NCBI GenBank assembly: GCA_964016885.1 | Contig: OZ024758.1 | Coordinates: 10,850,001-10,914,000, forward strand | From: Eledone cirrhosa | Taxonomy: Eukaryota | Direction: 5' to 3' | Length of the DNA: 64,000 nucleotides | In this document: positions 1-13,562 of the stretch, piece after piece | Position numbering within the stretch: position 1 is the first letter of the stretch | Layout of the letters: each line of letters opens with the position of its first letter | Notes under the pieces: generated by a model | The model's input: the letters and a program-made list of their open reading frames with translations, nothing else | Database searches by the model: none | Told to the model about the DNA's origin: nothing | Translations under genes and position numbers: made by a program

Positions 1-865
1 GTGTAAAAGTTTTAAAAAATTGTGTAGAGATTCTATTTTGGTTATGATGTGTGTATGTCTGTTTAATTGGTTGGAATGTATAATTCTAATGAAAATTTAT
101 TCACAATAAAAAAAAAAGGAATTTAAGTATAATGTTTATATCATGAAGTGAGTCGGGATTCGAAACGGCCGACTTGGTGTTCACAAGTCCCCACGACTCG
201 ACTACTATCAAAGAAGTGCGTTGATATAAACTGAAAGACTGACATAGATATAACTAACAATTTCTACCGAATTGCATAAAATCATGTTGAGAGTAGCAGA
301 TTTCATGGTAACCTCCTCAATGTATTAAGGAAAAAAATATTTCTTTGGTAGTGTAGGTGTTTTTATTTATCTTAATCGGATAAAATCTTGATATTCAGAT
401 ATTTTTTTCTGTTTACTTTTCTGGTCTACATTTCAGTTTAGAAGGAAGTTTAGCATTAAATCTTGGATCGATTCATGAATTGTGGTTAAGCTGTTAATAC
501 CAACGATCCATTAATGTTTCTCTGTGTGTTTTTTTTGTTTCTTTTTGTTCACGAGATTAAGCGTTTACTTGCTATTGTATTAGCCTTATTGTCTTTGTTC
601 AGAAATATATACATTTGCTTTCTTCTTCACAAATAAGTCATTCATGTAGTTGTATGTATTAACTATTTTAATAACTAATTGGTTCGTGAAGCTAAGCACC
701 CATCATATAACACTCGCTAGTATTATAGAAGAGGACGTTTTAACCCAAAATAGAAGTGAACACATCGGATGGCCACGACTGGAATGAATTTGAAGACTGG
801 TTTACTCGACCAGGAATAGCCTGGGGCCAAATGACAGGAAGAACCACTACTGTTCGCTCACATTC

Positions 866-908
<43 letters not shown>

Positions 909-933
909 ATCTTTTTAGTTGGCAAAGTGGCGT

Positions 934-975
934 CTAGGGACATGTTTCGGTCGTAGTAAACTTCATTCGCTCTAG
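934..975 (-). ncRNA. Decayed hammerhead remnant
   Basis: Minus strand: CTAGAG-CGAATGA-...ACC-GAAAC-AT-GTC^CCTAG, just before a (TA)n tract. A similar GAAACATGTC remnant is at 44643-44684 (-). Confidence 0.3.
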
Positions 976-1778
976 GTCTCTAATCTATCTGGCCACTAAA
1001 TATCGCATCTAAGAAAGTTTGTTTGCATCATGCTTCGTATAAAATTAAGAGGTGTGGCAAATGAGAACGGTTGATTAACAAAAGCTAAATATATTTGGCC
1101 ATTTTTGCCTTCAATTGATTCCTGTCACAACTGGATTGATTCCTTCCAGTAATTCCGATTCAAAAGGCTTCTCCGTTGCTCTGATCACACACTCATCCAC
1201 CCATGAAGCAAATTAATTCGCGGTGAAGATAAAGTATCAAATACCCATGTGAGATAGCGTAAACGACGAGATGGACAGATGGAAATGTAGATCAGTACGT
1301 TCAAGTGGGATCTTGGGTTAACAACTAGTTCTCGCACGTATTGTGGCCAACCCTGGAATCGCAACTGATTATCAATCTCTTTGTCAGACATCTGTACATG
1401 TAGTACATAGTCGGCTCAGTTCATTCTAGACGAATACCGATACAAGTACAAAAATTAGGTCCTTTTTCTGTAGTATGATTTATACTTTCTTTGGCGTGAA
1501 TGAGAGAACGATAAATGGAAGGTTTAGTATGTATTTAATTTTGGACTTGAGACATGTTTGCTGTGCTTCCCACAGACATTTCTGCCTACTTTCGTTTTCT
1601 GCAACAGATTATTTACATTACTTTCTATACTATTGGCATTTTCTTTCCGAATATAGCTACACAATACACTATAGGTATTGTATCAATCTGGTATTGATTT
1701 TTACATCAGGATTTTCAGACAAAAAAATCAATCTTGTAAATATATTTTCCCCAATGGGTGTTAAAGTTAACGTTAAAA

Positions 1779-2078
1779 TGTATTCCGATCTATAAGAATG
1801 CAAAGGTATCTTGTATTCCGATCTATAAGAATGCAAAGGTATCTTGTATTCCGATCTATAAGAATGCAAAGGTATCTTGTATTCCGATCTATAAGAATGC
1901 AAAGGTATCTTGTATTCCGATCTATAAGAATGCAAAGGTATCTTGTATTCCGATCTATAAGAATGCAAAGGTATCTTGTATTCCGATCTATAAGAATGCA
2001 AAGGTATCTTGTATTCCGATCTATAAGAATGCAAAGGTATCTTGTATTCCGATCTATAAGAATGCAAAGATATCTTGT
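1779..2078. repeat. 33-bp minisatellite, 9 near-identical copies
   Basis: Unit TGTATTCCGATCTATAAGAATGCAAAGGTATCT, with no spacers. Confidence 0.95.
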
Positions 2079-2864
2079 AGTCGTTTATTTGTTGTTATTG
2101 TAAAGTTCTCATTCAATTGACTACCTTTTAATGTTTGTAAATAAATTGGGCAGAAAATACAATAAATACATAATGTATGTATATTTCAAAGTATCACGTG
2201 ATGCAGTGTGATAATGGAATGTTTTGGGAGAGATAAACTCCAGAGAAGATGAATCAACAATTCGTTTTCAATTTCAGATTTTGTTCAATTTATTTTAATT
2301 ACATTGCTAATCTCCTGACTGTGGTATGCAAATGTCTGCAGGATTCTCAGAGATGTTGATAAAAAACATGTTTTCCTAGTTGTGAAAAAATCGCTTAAGT
2401 TATTAAATGGGTTTGTCACTGAATATACACAGTACACAAATAGTTGATGTACGACTAGTTTACAGTAATATCTCTCTTGGTTACTCACCATTCTAAGTAC
2501 TGGAGTCGATGTAATCAATTTTCCTCTCTCACATTGCTGGCCTTGTGCCTAAGTTAAAAAAGAACATTATTCTATAACATTTTCAATTATGACACTATAT
2601 TCTTCTGAACGATGTCAGCAGAGGTAGTTTGTCAGTTCAATACATATAATCATTTATTTTGTTTTGACCTGTTTAGCTTGATTTGGTTTTTGGCTTGGGT
2701 GGTTAATGCCTTCTTGACCACCTTTTCAGTTTTGTATGGCTTCTTAACACATTGTTTAGCTCTGGTTTTTAACTATTGAGCACTTTGCCAGTATCATTTC
2801 TGATTTTTGCGTTTCGCTTCGCTTTTCCTGCCCGCCGAAATGCGATTCTCGTTGAATATTTATT

Positions 2865-2903
<39 letters not shown>

Positions 2904-2911
<8 letters not shown>

Positions 2912-3095
2912 ATACTTTGGGAGGGTCATGTTGCCAATAAGAAACACACGCACCAGTTGCTTTCACTTCAATTTATTACAACCAGAAATTTATAAATTCC
3001 TAAATTTATAAATTTAATTTATAATAAATTGAAGTGAAAGCAACTGGTGCGTGTGTTTCTTATTGGCAACATGACCCTCCCAAAGTATAACAATA
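2904..3095. repeat. Inverted repeat, ~75-bp arms, TA-flanked; a single arm recurs at ~50478-50548
   Basis: ATTGTTATACTTTGGGAGGGTCATGTTGCC...TTCAATTTATTA with an exact reverse complement at 3022-3095. Confidence 0.85.
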
Positions 3096-3645
3096 TCGGT
3101 TTCAACACACGTTTTCAGATAAAGAATCTTGCTAAACAAATTCAGAAACGAAATACCTTTTTATATATATATATATATATTTATATGGGAGAGCTATATA
3201 TCTTCATTGTCATAAGAAGCGGGTGTTGTATACAGACTTAAGCCGCCGTTTAGCTACGTTCCACTAATCTATTCTATTTTTGTCCGTAGCTATCTAATTC
3301 TATTACTGACGCCTTTTGGAAAGGTATGGACGTTATATATCCGCTTTCGTCTGTCCGATAGATGATATTATAACCACCCGTCGACGATGGTCATCGATTA
3401 CGGTGCATCATATAGAGACGAAAGACATTTGATAATATCCTTGCTTATGAGAATTTATAGTTTATTAATTTTCTTCTTTTATTGAGAGGTTTATATAATA
3501 AATATTGCTTTCCTGTGCTGAAATATAGCATCTGATTTTTTTGTCTGCTCCAAAGACATCTGTAATGTACATAATCTATAATAGATTCTAGCATTCTAGC
3601 AAGCATCAACGATGAAACTTAAACCACTTTTCTCTCTCTCTTTCA

Positions 3646-3697
<52 letters not shown>

Positions 3698-4477
3698 ATA
3701 TATATATATATCTATATATATCTATATCTCTATATATATCTATATATATGTATCTATATATATGTATATATCTATATATATATATCTCTATATATATATA
3801 TCTATATATCTCTATATATATATATCTATATATCTCTATATATATATATCTATATCTCTCTCTATATATATATCTATATCTCTCTCTCTATATATATATC
3901 TATATATTTATATCTATATATCTATATATCTCTATATATCTATATATATATATCTATATATATGTATCTATATATATGTATCTATATATATGTATCTATA
4001 TATATATGTATCTATATATATGTATCTATATATATGTATCTATATATATATGTATCTATATATATGTATCTATATATATATGTATCTATATATATATGTA
4101 TCTATATATATGTATCTATATATATATATCTATATATATATATCTATATATATATATATCTATATATATATATCTATATATATATATCTATATATATATA
4201 TATCTATATATATATATCTATATATATATATCTATATATATATATATCTATATATATATATATCTATATATATATATCTATATATATATATATCTATATA
4301 TATATATATCTATATATATATATCTATATATATATATCTATATATATATATATCTATATATATATATATCTATATATATATGTATCTATATATATATATA
4401 TCTATATATATATATCTATATATCTATATATCTATATATCTATATCTATATATATCTATCTATATATCTATCTATAT
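3646..4477. repeat. ~830-bp compound (TA)n/TATC microsatellite
   Basis: Seen directly. Confidence 0.95.
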
Positions 4478-5270
4478 GAAACAGAATCTGATGGCTCAGC
4501 AAGGAAGCGTAATTGATTATATCGACACCAGTACATAACTGATACATTATTGCATCGAAACCAGAACGATGAAAAGTTGTTAAACTCGGTTGAATTCGAA
4601 AACACAATCTAATGAATGGGGAGTAAACAACGAAGAGAGATTCTTGTCCAACACTGTAACAGCTTCTACAATTCATCGCAATTAATTAGGAAATAATTAT
4701 TAAAACTTCAGACCTGAAGAGGGAGGGAGGCGGGGGCGTTGTTTGTCTAGTTTTAGATGTTTAAGTCACACCATATGTCACGGCGGCGTCTCTTTGACTC
4801 CATCGGCAATTATTTATACTAAACCCCACTATTTTTCTCTCTCTTACTCTTTATCTCTCTCAAACTCAATTCCCTTTTCTCTCTCTCACATCCTTTATTT
4901 TCTCTCTATCTTTCTCCCTGTCACTTTCTCTTCGTCACTTTCGCTCTGTCTTTCTCTTCCCGCCTCTCTCTCTCTCGCTATCTCTTGACATAGATAACAT
5001 CAATACAGTAGCAATTGCAGTATTATCAGTAATTTAAAAAAAATACTTCAGGAATGCAATATAAAAACAAAAAAAAACTCTAGCAATATAAACACAAAAA
5101 AATCCAGCAATATAAAAACAAGACATAAATATGGCGGCCTTAATTATAACATGGATACTTAACAAATGATCCAATAACATCTGAAATGGTAGTTATTGTA
5201 AAAGTCACGTAGGACTCTGTATTATATGTCTGTGTGTTGTGAAGTCGCATGAATTACTGGTTAGTATGTT

Positions 5271-5470
5271 AGGCGAGTGGTTTAGTGGTTAGAGAGTTGG
5301 ATTACCAATCGTGAAGTTGTGAGTTCAATTCTTGGACCGGGTGATGCGTTGTTTCCTTGAGCAAGACATTTTATTTCACGTTGTTCCTTGTGCCAGAAGT
5401 TCAGACTGGTAAATAGTATCAGCAATGGAAAGACCAATGGAAACATTGTTTCGTTGGTCCGATTTCATGA
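5271..5470 (+). mobile_element. CORE-like SINE copy
   Basis: Homolog of 43833-44040. A further partial copy lies at ~5555-5645. Confidence 0.7.
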
Positions 5471-6247
5471 GGTCCACCCCACTCAGTTAGTGGCTGAGGT
5501 CTGGGATCTTGTCGATCCATCAAAGAGTGTGATGTTCGGTTCAGGACCACCGATTTGTGAGTACGATTCCTTGGCTGGGTTGTGTATTGTGTGTGTCCTT
5601 GAGCAAGATACTTCATTTTACGTTGCTTCAATCCACTCAGCTGGAAAAAATAAGTTGGATCTATAGAATATTTAATCATTTTCACGTTAATTTAACAGGC
5701 TTGCTGTTCCTCTGTCGGAATAACTGGAATACTCATCGACTCAACCGACCGAGGTCCCCGACACATATATTAATGTCTCCACATATTTTCATGTTGGCAG
5801 GTGTGTATCACATGAAGTAAGCTTGATGGATATTTATAGAAATATCTGCTTTAGATTTAATTATGTAGTTAACTAAACACTTCATCATAAGTGTACGAGA
5901 GGAGATATTGAAGGTTTCCTAGCAGAAACTGCGCACGCACGCACGCACGCACGTACGTATGTTTATATATATATATGTGTGTGTGTGTGATGAAATTGAG
6001 ATTATTAAATATGCATTATAGAGAATTTTACTAGGAGCAATTGTAGACCCATTTGTGATATCCACGTCATTTCCAATAATACAAGAAAAACTAAGAGTTC
6101 CTTAAGTGTTCTTAAATGTTATTTCTGTGTGGCACTCGTGGAATATCGAGTTGGTATTAAGAAAAATCTGCAGAATCATATCTATGGTTTAGTCAATGCA
6201 TTTGAATTCCTCATCAGATACTTGATGTGTGTGTGTGTGTGTGTGTA

Positions 6248-6532
6248 TAAATTAATAAAAATAATGAATAAAAACAAAGAAACAGTTCCTTATATTAAAA
6301 AATTCATCATTTTACGATCGTTTCTAGGATATATATGTGTGTATTGGTATGTATATCATATAGATCTATGTAAAAGTTTTACAAACTATCAGAGGGAATA
6401 TACATACCTACACATATATATGCTGTCCTCAGAAATAATTTTGAATACATCTTCTCTTTTCATGATATTTGGATTACATTGAGTTCTTCATACGGATTGG
6501 ACACTACCGTTTTTTGGGGTAGATTTATCTAC

Positions 6533-6533
<1 letters not shown>
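6248..6533. mobile_element. Family C element (inverted HHR part plus direct 3' end)
   Basis: Homologous to 9890-10213 and 46345-46611. The HHR segment is inverted relative to the 3' end GGATTGGACACTACCG...GGTAGATTTATCTAC(AT)n. Confidence 0.7.
6306..6439 (-). ncRNA. Hammerhead ribozyme with ~100-nt stem II (family C)
   Basis: Minus strand: ATTATTT-CTGAGGA-[101 nt containing the pairings ATATATATGTGT/ACACATATATAT and GGTATGTATA/TATACATACC]-GAAAC-GATC-GTA^AAATGAT. Stem I is 7 bp with one G-U pair. Confidence 0.75.
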
Positions 6534-6577
<44 letters not shown>

Positions 6578-7090
6578 AATAAAGGAAGGTCTGCGGGACT
6601 GCGTACGGTTTATTTTTTTTATCCCGTTAGTAAAATAAGTTGGATTACTCTGAATAAATAATGAATGAATATTACATAATTTATCTACTAAATTTCGTAA
6701 ACAAAAATAATTTCGTAAAAATAAATAATTTAAAATTGGCTTCTTTTCAAAGTTGCACTTCAGGTATATCATTGCCACCACCACTTCAACTACCATATGT
6801 ATAGAAAGAGAGAGTGTTTGATGTCAACACTTCCGGTGGCGATCATTTACATAGACATACTAATTTTCTGTCACTAATTTTCTCCTAATGCAGTTTATAT
6901 ATAATATCGTCCTTTTTAAATGTATCATGGATTATGTTACTGATTACATAAGACAGTGTAACAGTCTTCGTTCAATTTCTGTGTATATTGTCAATTACGT
7001 TTTTATTTGACGTATCATATCTACATGTATATATATTTGCGTATTATTCAAATGTACTTAATAATATAATATTGCATGCATGCATACATA

Positions 7091-7538
7091 GTGGCTGCCA
7101 ACTCGTTTTCGAGTACGGCCACTACTTTATATCCATGTAGGAGAACCCCTACCGATGCGCTGAACGAGTGTGACTTTTTAGTCCAGCCAGCGACTTGAAA
7201 ACTCTGGTACAAACACTACACTTGTGACAATTATTGACACATAGTGCTGGGCCCATGGTACCATGTGACGACAAGTGCAGAGAGATCTCCAGATATAAAG
7301 CAATGCCTGTGCCGTGAAGCTTTTATAGTGAGCAAAGGCACTGCACAAAGCCAGTCCCACTCTCTTAACCAAGATGATATTTACCAAAAAGAAGAACAAG
7401 TCAACATCATTGGATACCATCAGGGTTGCAGGTGTTATATTAGTTTTCCTTCTCCTAAAATTCTGCCTTGACAAAGGCTAAGGGGTCATCTCTCCCGGTG
7501 ATTTTGGATGGCCATTGACTCTTAAGAGCTCCTTTGCC
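7091..7538 (-). mobile_element. RTE-like non-autonomous element, 5'-truncated
   Basis: Reverse complement of ~30656-31106. Confidence 0.65.
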
Positions 7539-8212
7539 ATTTGACATACATACATACATACATACATACATACATACATACGTGTGTGTGTTTATATATT
7601 GTGTTAAATCGATCGTAGTATTTGTTTTGCGATAATTTCTGTTTTACCTTATCAACCAATAAGACCAAATATAACTAGTAAGTTTTCAGGAGCCATCGGC
7701 CGTGCCCGAACGGTTATTGACCTCGTGTTCTACATTTATGTTATAAATATTTCTAACATTGACACAAGGACAGTATTTCAGAGAAGGGTAAAAGCGAATA
7801 TATTGATTCTCAGTACTTTATTTATCGACCGCAGACGAATGAAAGTCAAAGGTGACTATGATGGAATATGATATTTAAACATTGGTCGTTGGTAAGAAAC
7901 ATCTTAAAGTATTTTGTCCAAATCTCTACTACTACTACTGCCAATCCACTGCACTTCAAACATAAATAATGGTGGTAGTGGTGGTGGCAGTAGTAGTAAA
8001 TGACAGGGGTTGTAACAATAACAACAACAGCAGCAGTTACAGCGTTGTAATAATATTCTCGTTAATCAAATCTATTGCACGTGTAATTCTTTTTTTAGTT
8101 ACTATTTCCAGGCATCTTTATCTTGTACATGACACTACCACATGTTATATAGATGGGAGGGGGGAGGCAAGGGAGGTAAATCTTGAGACTACCACAGAGA
8201 TGGAAGAAAAGC

Positions 8213-8253
<41 letters not shown>

Positions 8254-8512
8254 AGAAGGAAGCTAATAATAATAGTAATAATTGATGAAATCGTGCAAAA
8301 ATCAAGATAAAAATTTTAATCCAAATATTTAAAAAGGTGAGGAGAAACCACGGGAGGCTAGAAATGTTTCTAAGCTGTTGCATCTGTATAAGACAGTCTT
8401 ACAGCAAAGGCGAGATTAAGTAAAATACTGCATATATATATATCTACACACATACACACATACACACAAACATATACTAATATAATACACACACTCGTAC
8501 GATTTCTAACAT

Positions 8513-8579
<67 letters not shown>

Positions 8580-8798
8580 AGAGAACACATGTAGAAAGAG
8601 GATTAGCCCCCACCCCACCCCACCCAATTTCTCTTGTTTTTATACACAACGGATTGAAAAATATAATCTCTGTTTACAGTAAGCGTTCCGAAGATTGCGG
8701 CCAATCTAGCAAACAGGCGGTGGTGGTAGTAGGAAGAGATAGAATTAGGGAGAGAGGGGACAACAGGAATGGTGAGCTCTGTTTGAACAACTACTGTA

Positions 8799-8829
<31 letters not shown>

Positions 8830-9261
8830 TATTTTTTGTAGTAGACATGGCTGTGTGGTTAAGGGGTTCTGTTACCAATAACGCAGTTTCGAGTTCAGGC
8901 CCATTATGTGGTGCCTGGAGAAAGTCTCTTCTACTATAATCTTTCATGCTTAAAAAAGAAAGTATATACTTTTTATATGATCGATGTATTTTAAAATATT
9001 TGCTATCACTTGAAAAAACACTTTATGATGTAAATTAGTCGTCAATTTGTCTGTCTCGATAAGAACAAAAAAATGCTAATTTTTGTCATTTCGCTAAACA
9101 TTGACATTTTTGTTTCCATTAAATAATAGACCGGAGTAAATTATTCCAACCAACATATAAACCTGATATACTATATGGAATATTCCAGTCTCTTATGACA
9201 ATCAATGTTCCAGTTGATAAATAAATAGAACAAATAATTGGGGGAGTTAACATGCAAATAA

Positions 9262-9300
<39 letters not shown>

Positions 9301-9303
<3 letters not shown>

Positions 9304-9490
9304 CGAAGGAAAAGTGGTAAGGAACCAGGTGGACCATAACGCACCAAAGTACTCAATACTTAGGGTAGTAGAGTGGGTAATAGGAGTAAGTAAGACCCCG
9401 ACGGCTGAGCTCAAGCCGTTTCGACGGCTAATTCTGTACAGAATTAGCCGTCGAAACGGCTTGAGCTCAGCCGTCGGGGTCTTACTTACT

Positions 9491-9495
<5 letters not shown>
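9301..9495 (-). mobile_element. Family A (TA)n-inserted fold-back element (PLE-like 3' end)
   Basis: Flanked by (TA)n. Contains a perfect 116-bp palindrome at 9380-9495 and the HHR 3' half GAAACGGCT-TGAGCTC-AGCCGTC. Confidence 0.75.
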
Positions 9496-9532
<37 letters not shown>

Positions 9533-9669
9533 TGTAGTTTAGAAAGCCACAACAATGCAGATGGGAAATCTCGAGGTAGGAAGTGAGTGAAAAATAGGAG
9601 AAAAGTGGAAAATGAGACAAAAAGGAAAACAAAACAAAGGTAGAAGGGTTACCGTAGTGGAGATTTAAT

Positions 9670-9703
9670 CCCAATATTTCGGGCTCACGCCCATCAACGG
9701 GGG
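9670..9703 (-). ncRNA. Degenerate minimal hammerhead
   Basis: Minus strand: CCC-CCGTTGA-T-GGGC(GTGA)GCCC-GAAA-TA-TT^GGG. Two core substitutions. Confidence 0.4.
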
Positions 9704-9889
9704 GAAAGTTCCAAAAGGGGGGAACAGGCTAAGCCGGAGAAAGTTGTTGTATTGTCGTTAAAACATAGGAATGCCGTTATGGGGAAAATTCAAACGAGGG
9801 AAAGAATGCGCGTGCGCGTAATAGGCTGTGGCAAAAGCTACTGACCAATTGGGTTAAATCAATAGGGTGCGCTAGCGCGTGAAAGCCGT

Positions 9890-10213
9890 AAAATATATAT
9901 ATTTTGGTATGTACATTTAATTTTGATAGTTTGTATAATTTTGTACATAGATCTGTTGAATATGCATGCCAATTCTAACACATATATATCCTAGAAACGA
10001 TCGTTAAATAATGAACTTTTTTTGTTTAATATAAGGAACTGTTTCATTGTTTTATTCATTATTTTTTTAATATTTTATCTTGACTCTGTATTCCGTTTAT
10101 CTTTCACCGAAAGTGATATTTCATTGCATCTCTTCTTTCCATGATATCCGGATTACATTGAGTTCTTCATACGGATTGGACACTACCGTAAACTCTTGGT
10201 AGATTTATCTACA
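9890..10213 (+). mobile_element. Family C element, colinear and 5'-truncated inside stem II
   Basis: GAAACGATCGTT at 9994, continuing to ...GGTAGATTTATCTAC(AT). The CUGANGA box is missing. Confidence 0.7.
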
Positions 10214-10475
10214 TATATTTAAATATATACACTTGACGTATTATTATCGATGATTTAACAGAACTAATGTACGCAAACATATACTCACTTGTATATAATT
10301 CTAACTTTTTATAATTATGTGCATACATCTAAACTATGAGACAGAATGGTGTGCGAAAGAGAGATAGGGTAAGAATTGAAACCATAACTGGACTGGTATT
10401 TTAGTTATCGACCCTTAAGTTATGCAAGCCAGTGTTCATTTACGAGATTCGAACTCTGTTTGTGTATGTATATAT

Positions 10476-10878
10476 GATGACCCCTTAGCCTTTGTCAAGG
10501 CAGAATTCTAGGAGTAGGAACACTCTGATATAACACCTGCAACCCTGATGGTATCCAATGATGTTGACTTGTTCTTCTTTTTGGTAAATATCATCTTGGT
10601 TAAGAGAGTGGGACTGGCTTTGTGCAGTGCCTTTGCTCACTGTAAAAGCTTCACGGCACAGGCATTGCTTTATATCTGGAGATCTCTCTGCACTTGTCGT
10701 CACATGGTACCATGGGCCCAGCACTATGTGTCAATAATTGTCACAAGTGTAGTGTTTGTACCAGAGTTTTCAAGTCGCTGGCTGGACTAAAAAGTCACAC
10801 TTGTTCAGCACATCGGTAGGGGTTCTCCTACATGGATATAAAGTAGTGGCCGTACTCGAAAACGAGTTGGCAGCCACC
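10476..10878 (+). mobile_element. RTE-like non-autonomous element, 5'-truncated
   Basis: Matches 30706-31107 with few substitutions. Confidence 0.65.
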
Positions 10879-11270
10879 ATATATATATATATATATATAA
10901 ATTGATGAGCAGAACAAACAAACATTAAATAATCCCTTAAATAAATTAAAAAATAGATTTAAATATCTACCTGTTCATAATGCTATTACCGGCGGTTTCC
11001 ATTTACAAAAGATTAGAAATTCAGAGAATTTCCAACGGAAAGTAAATTTCATCAGATAGCTATTTCCTTTCTATAGGACTTACGTCCCACGGTCTGCAAA
11101 TATAATGCCAACTACCAGCTCGTATGAGTTATGGCCGTTAAAGTGATCCACACGTGAACCGGCCGCTAGTGAAAGCGGGAATATTACAGACTTGTTGATG
11201 GCTTGGCTGCTAAAAAAATAGCAGTAAGCAACAACGAATTTTTTCTCTACATAGATTGGAGAATATATAA

Positions 11271-11430
11271 AAATGAGGTAAATATCTCACTGAGTACTAA
11301 GTACCCATAGAGATACATCAATTTCTATAGTTCTGGTATCTCGAATTAGTACCATAGAACAACAATTATATTATAGACACCCTATATATCTCTATGGGTA
11401 CTTAGTACTCAGTGAGATATTTACCTCATT
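11271..11430. repeat. Inverted repeat, ~43-bp arms with a ~73-bp spacer, TA-flanked
   Basis: AATGAGGTAAATATCTCACTGAGTACTAAGTACCCATAGAGATA and its reverse complement. Confidence 0.85.
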
Positions 11431-11586
11431 TATATATATATATAAATATATATAAATGAGAGGTATAGAGGTTGTTTTAGCAAGAAGCTAACGGCATTCT
11501 ATAACATATATGCGACTATAACGTCAAGATGGGAAAAGTAGTTAACGAAAGATTTAGGAAAAATAACTCAAACTCATCTCAAAAGA

Positions 11587-11679
<93 letters not shown>

Positions 11680-11979
11680 GTAAATACTGTATTTAAGGTC
11701 GTGTGACGCAACTTCGAGTGATTAGCGACCTTTAGACTCCCCTGAAATGAAACAATTGTTAATACCTGAAATAAAGCCCATTGTTGTACAGCCGACCATG
11801 TTATTCTTCATTCTTTCACCATTATTACCCCAAGTATAACCTGCATAGGAATTCTCGCGAACTCGCTACCTAATTATGAAACCTCTTGTCGAGTCAAACA
11901 AAGCCGTATGTTAAAATTATTCACAATATAGAGTACTCACAACCTCTAACTGGATTACCTATAACGGTAACTTGTTATC

Positions 11980-12030
<51 letters not shown>

Positions 12031-12161
12031 TGTATGTATGTATGTATGTATGTATGTATGTCTTTTACCCACCCTACACCAATTCCAACTTAACACGATA
12101 CTCTAAACCCACGCTGTAAAATTGACATTTATCATACCGTTTTATGACAGCTGTTGACTTT

Positions 12162-12205
<44 letters not shown>

Positions 12206-12804
12206 GTGTGTGTGTGTAACGAGGACCTAGAAATCAATATGTTTTAGTTGAATTCTATCTCTTAATTTTCGTGCAAAGAATCATTATACTTATTAAAGTA
12301 TACAAAGACATGAATAATATATATAAAACGTATATATCTCAAAATAACCTTTTCTTTTACAGGCCTGTGTGACATATTGATAATGTGTGTGCGTGTGTCT
12401 TTTTTATAGGTCTGTGTTAGGTGTAAACTACACGTTGTTGCTGATAGCTATTTCTCATCTGTTGACACGGTGTAATTATTAAATATAAAAACGGATAGAA
12501 ATATATCTAAACCTATGGCATGACATTCAATGAACCTGTATGAAAATAAATACATTGGAATATACGTTAGATATATAAATGATTATATGCTATGAAAACA
12601 TGGATTAATACAAAGTAGAGGTAGAAAAAAATATTGGCAACGATGGTGCACAAAGAATGTATGAGCATCGATAAATAAAGATCGAACTAGAATATAGAAT
12701 CAAAATATAAAAAAAGGTATATGTATCTTTTGAACTAAACGTGGGATGTAAATAATTAGAAAGTGACATTAAAGTGAATTTGTGTGTGTGTATGGATATA
12801 TATA

Positions 12805-13562
12805 CGGTGGCGGCCTGGGTATAAAAATATTGGTTGCCAGGAGATGAAGGGGGCCCACCTACATATAGAATGCTATCATTTAAATTTTATAATGAATAAA
12901 TAACATTTTCGAAAAATACATAAGTGGAAAAATATTTTACCTTCTCCAATAAAAAATATTATGTATTTTGTCTCGGTGGCCTAGTTGCTATAGACGGTGG
13001 TGATCCTGGTCGGGAGTAGGGTTCCCGGTAAACCTTCTCAGTTTTTTTTATTGGTTGTAAAATAAAAACTGATAAAGGTTACGCGTCCCTCTTGACCAGG
13101 ATTGAACCCAAGGCCAGGATCTCCGCTAGGCCACAGAGACAACTGCGAAAATCTTATGAAAATTCATACTTATAAACCTACTTTAAAAATTTGAAATTAA
13201 AAATATTGATTGTCAGGAGACGAAGGGGGCCCACCTACATATAGAATGCTATCATTTAAATTTTATAATGAATAAATAACATTTTCGAAAAATACATAAG
13301 TGGACAAATATTTTACCTTCTCCAATAAAAATATTATGTATTTTGTCTCGGTGGCCTAGTTGGAGTAGGGTTCCCGGTAAACCTTCTCAGTTTTTTTTTT
13401 ATTGGTTGTAAAATAAAAACTGAAAAAAATTACGTGTCCCTCTGGACCAGGATTGAACCCAAGACCAGGATCTCCACCGTCTCTAGAAACTACCGCTAGG
13501 CCACAGAGACAACTGCGAAAATCTTATGAAAATTCATACTTATAAACCTACTTTAAAAATTG
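12805..13562. mobile_element. Partial copy of the same hAT-like MITE with an internal ~375-bp tandem duplication
   Basis: Starts with the TIR CGGTGGCGGCCTGGG. It is the reverse-complement homolog of ~21535-22136, and the segment is repeated from ~13200. Confidence 0.75.

Noticed and set aside
1779-2078. CRISPR-like array of 33-bp repeats
   Set aside because: The units are directly adjacent with no spacers, the context is eukaryotic, and there are no cas genes.
3612-4538. Long YI-rich ORFs, and similar ORFs at 45505, 51691, 55972 and 62222
   Set aside because: These are microsatellite or low-complexity translations.
6180-6225. CTGATGA on the minus strand
   Set aside because: There is no intact GAAA box (it reads TAAAC), so it is at most a decayed remnant.
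7244-7471. 75-80-aa ORF present three times (also at 10485 and 30714)
   Set aside because: Its conservation reflects a young repeat. One copy is frameshifted and no domain is recognisable.
11005-11060. CTGATGA...GAAA on the minus strand
   Set aside because: Stems I and II do not pair convincingly around the core.
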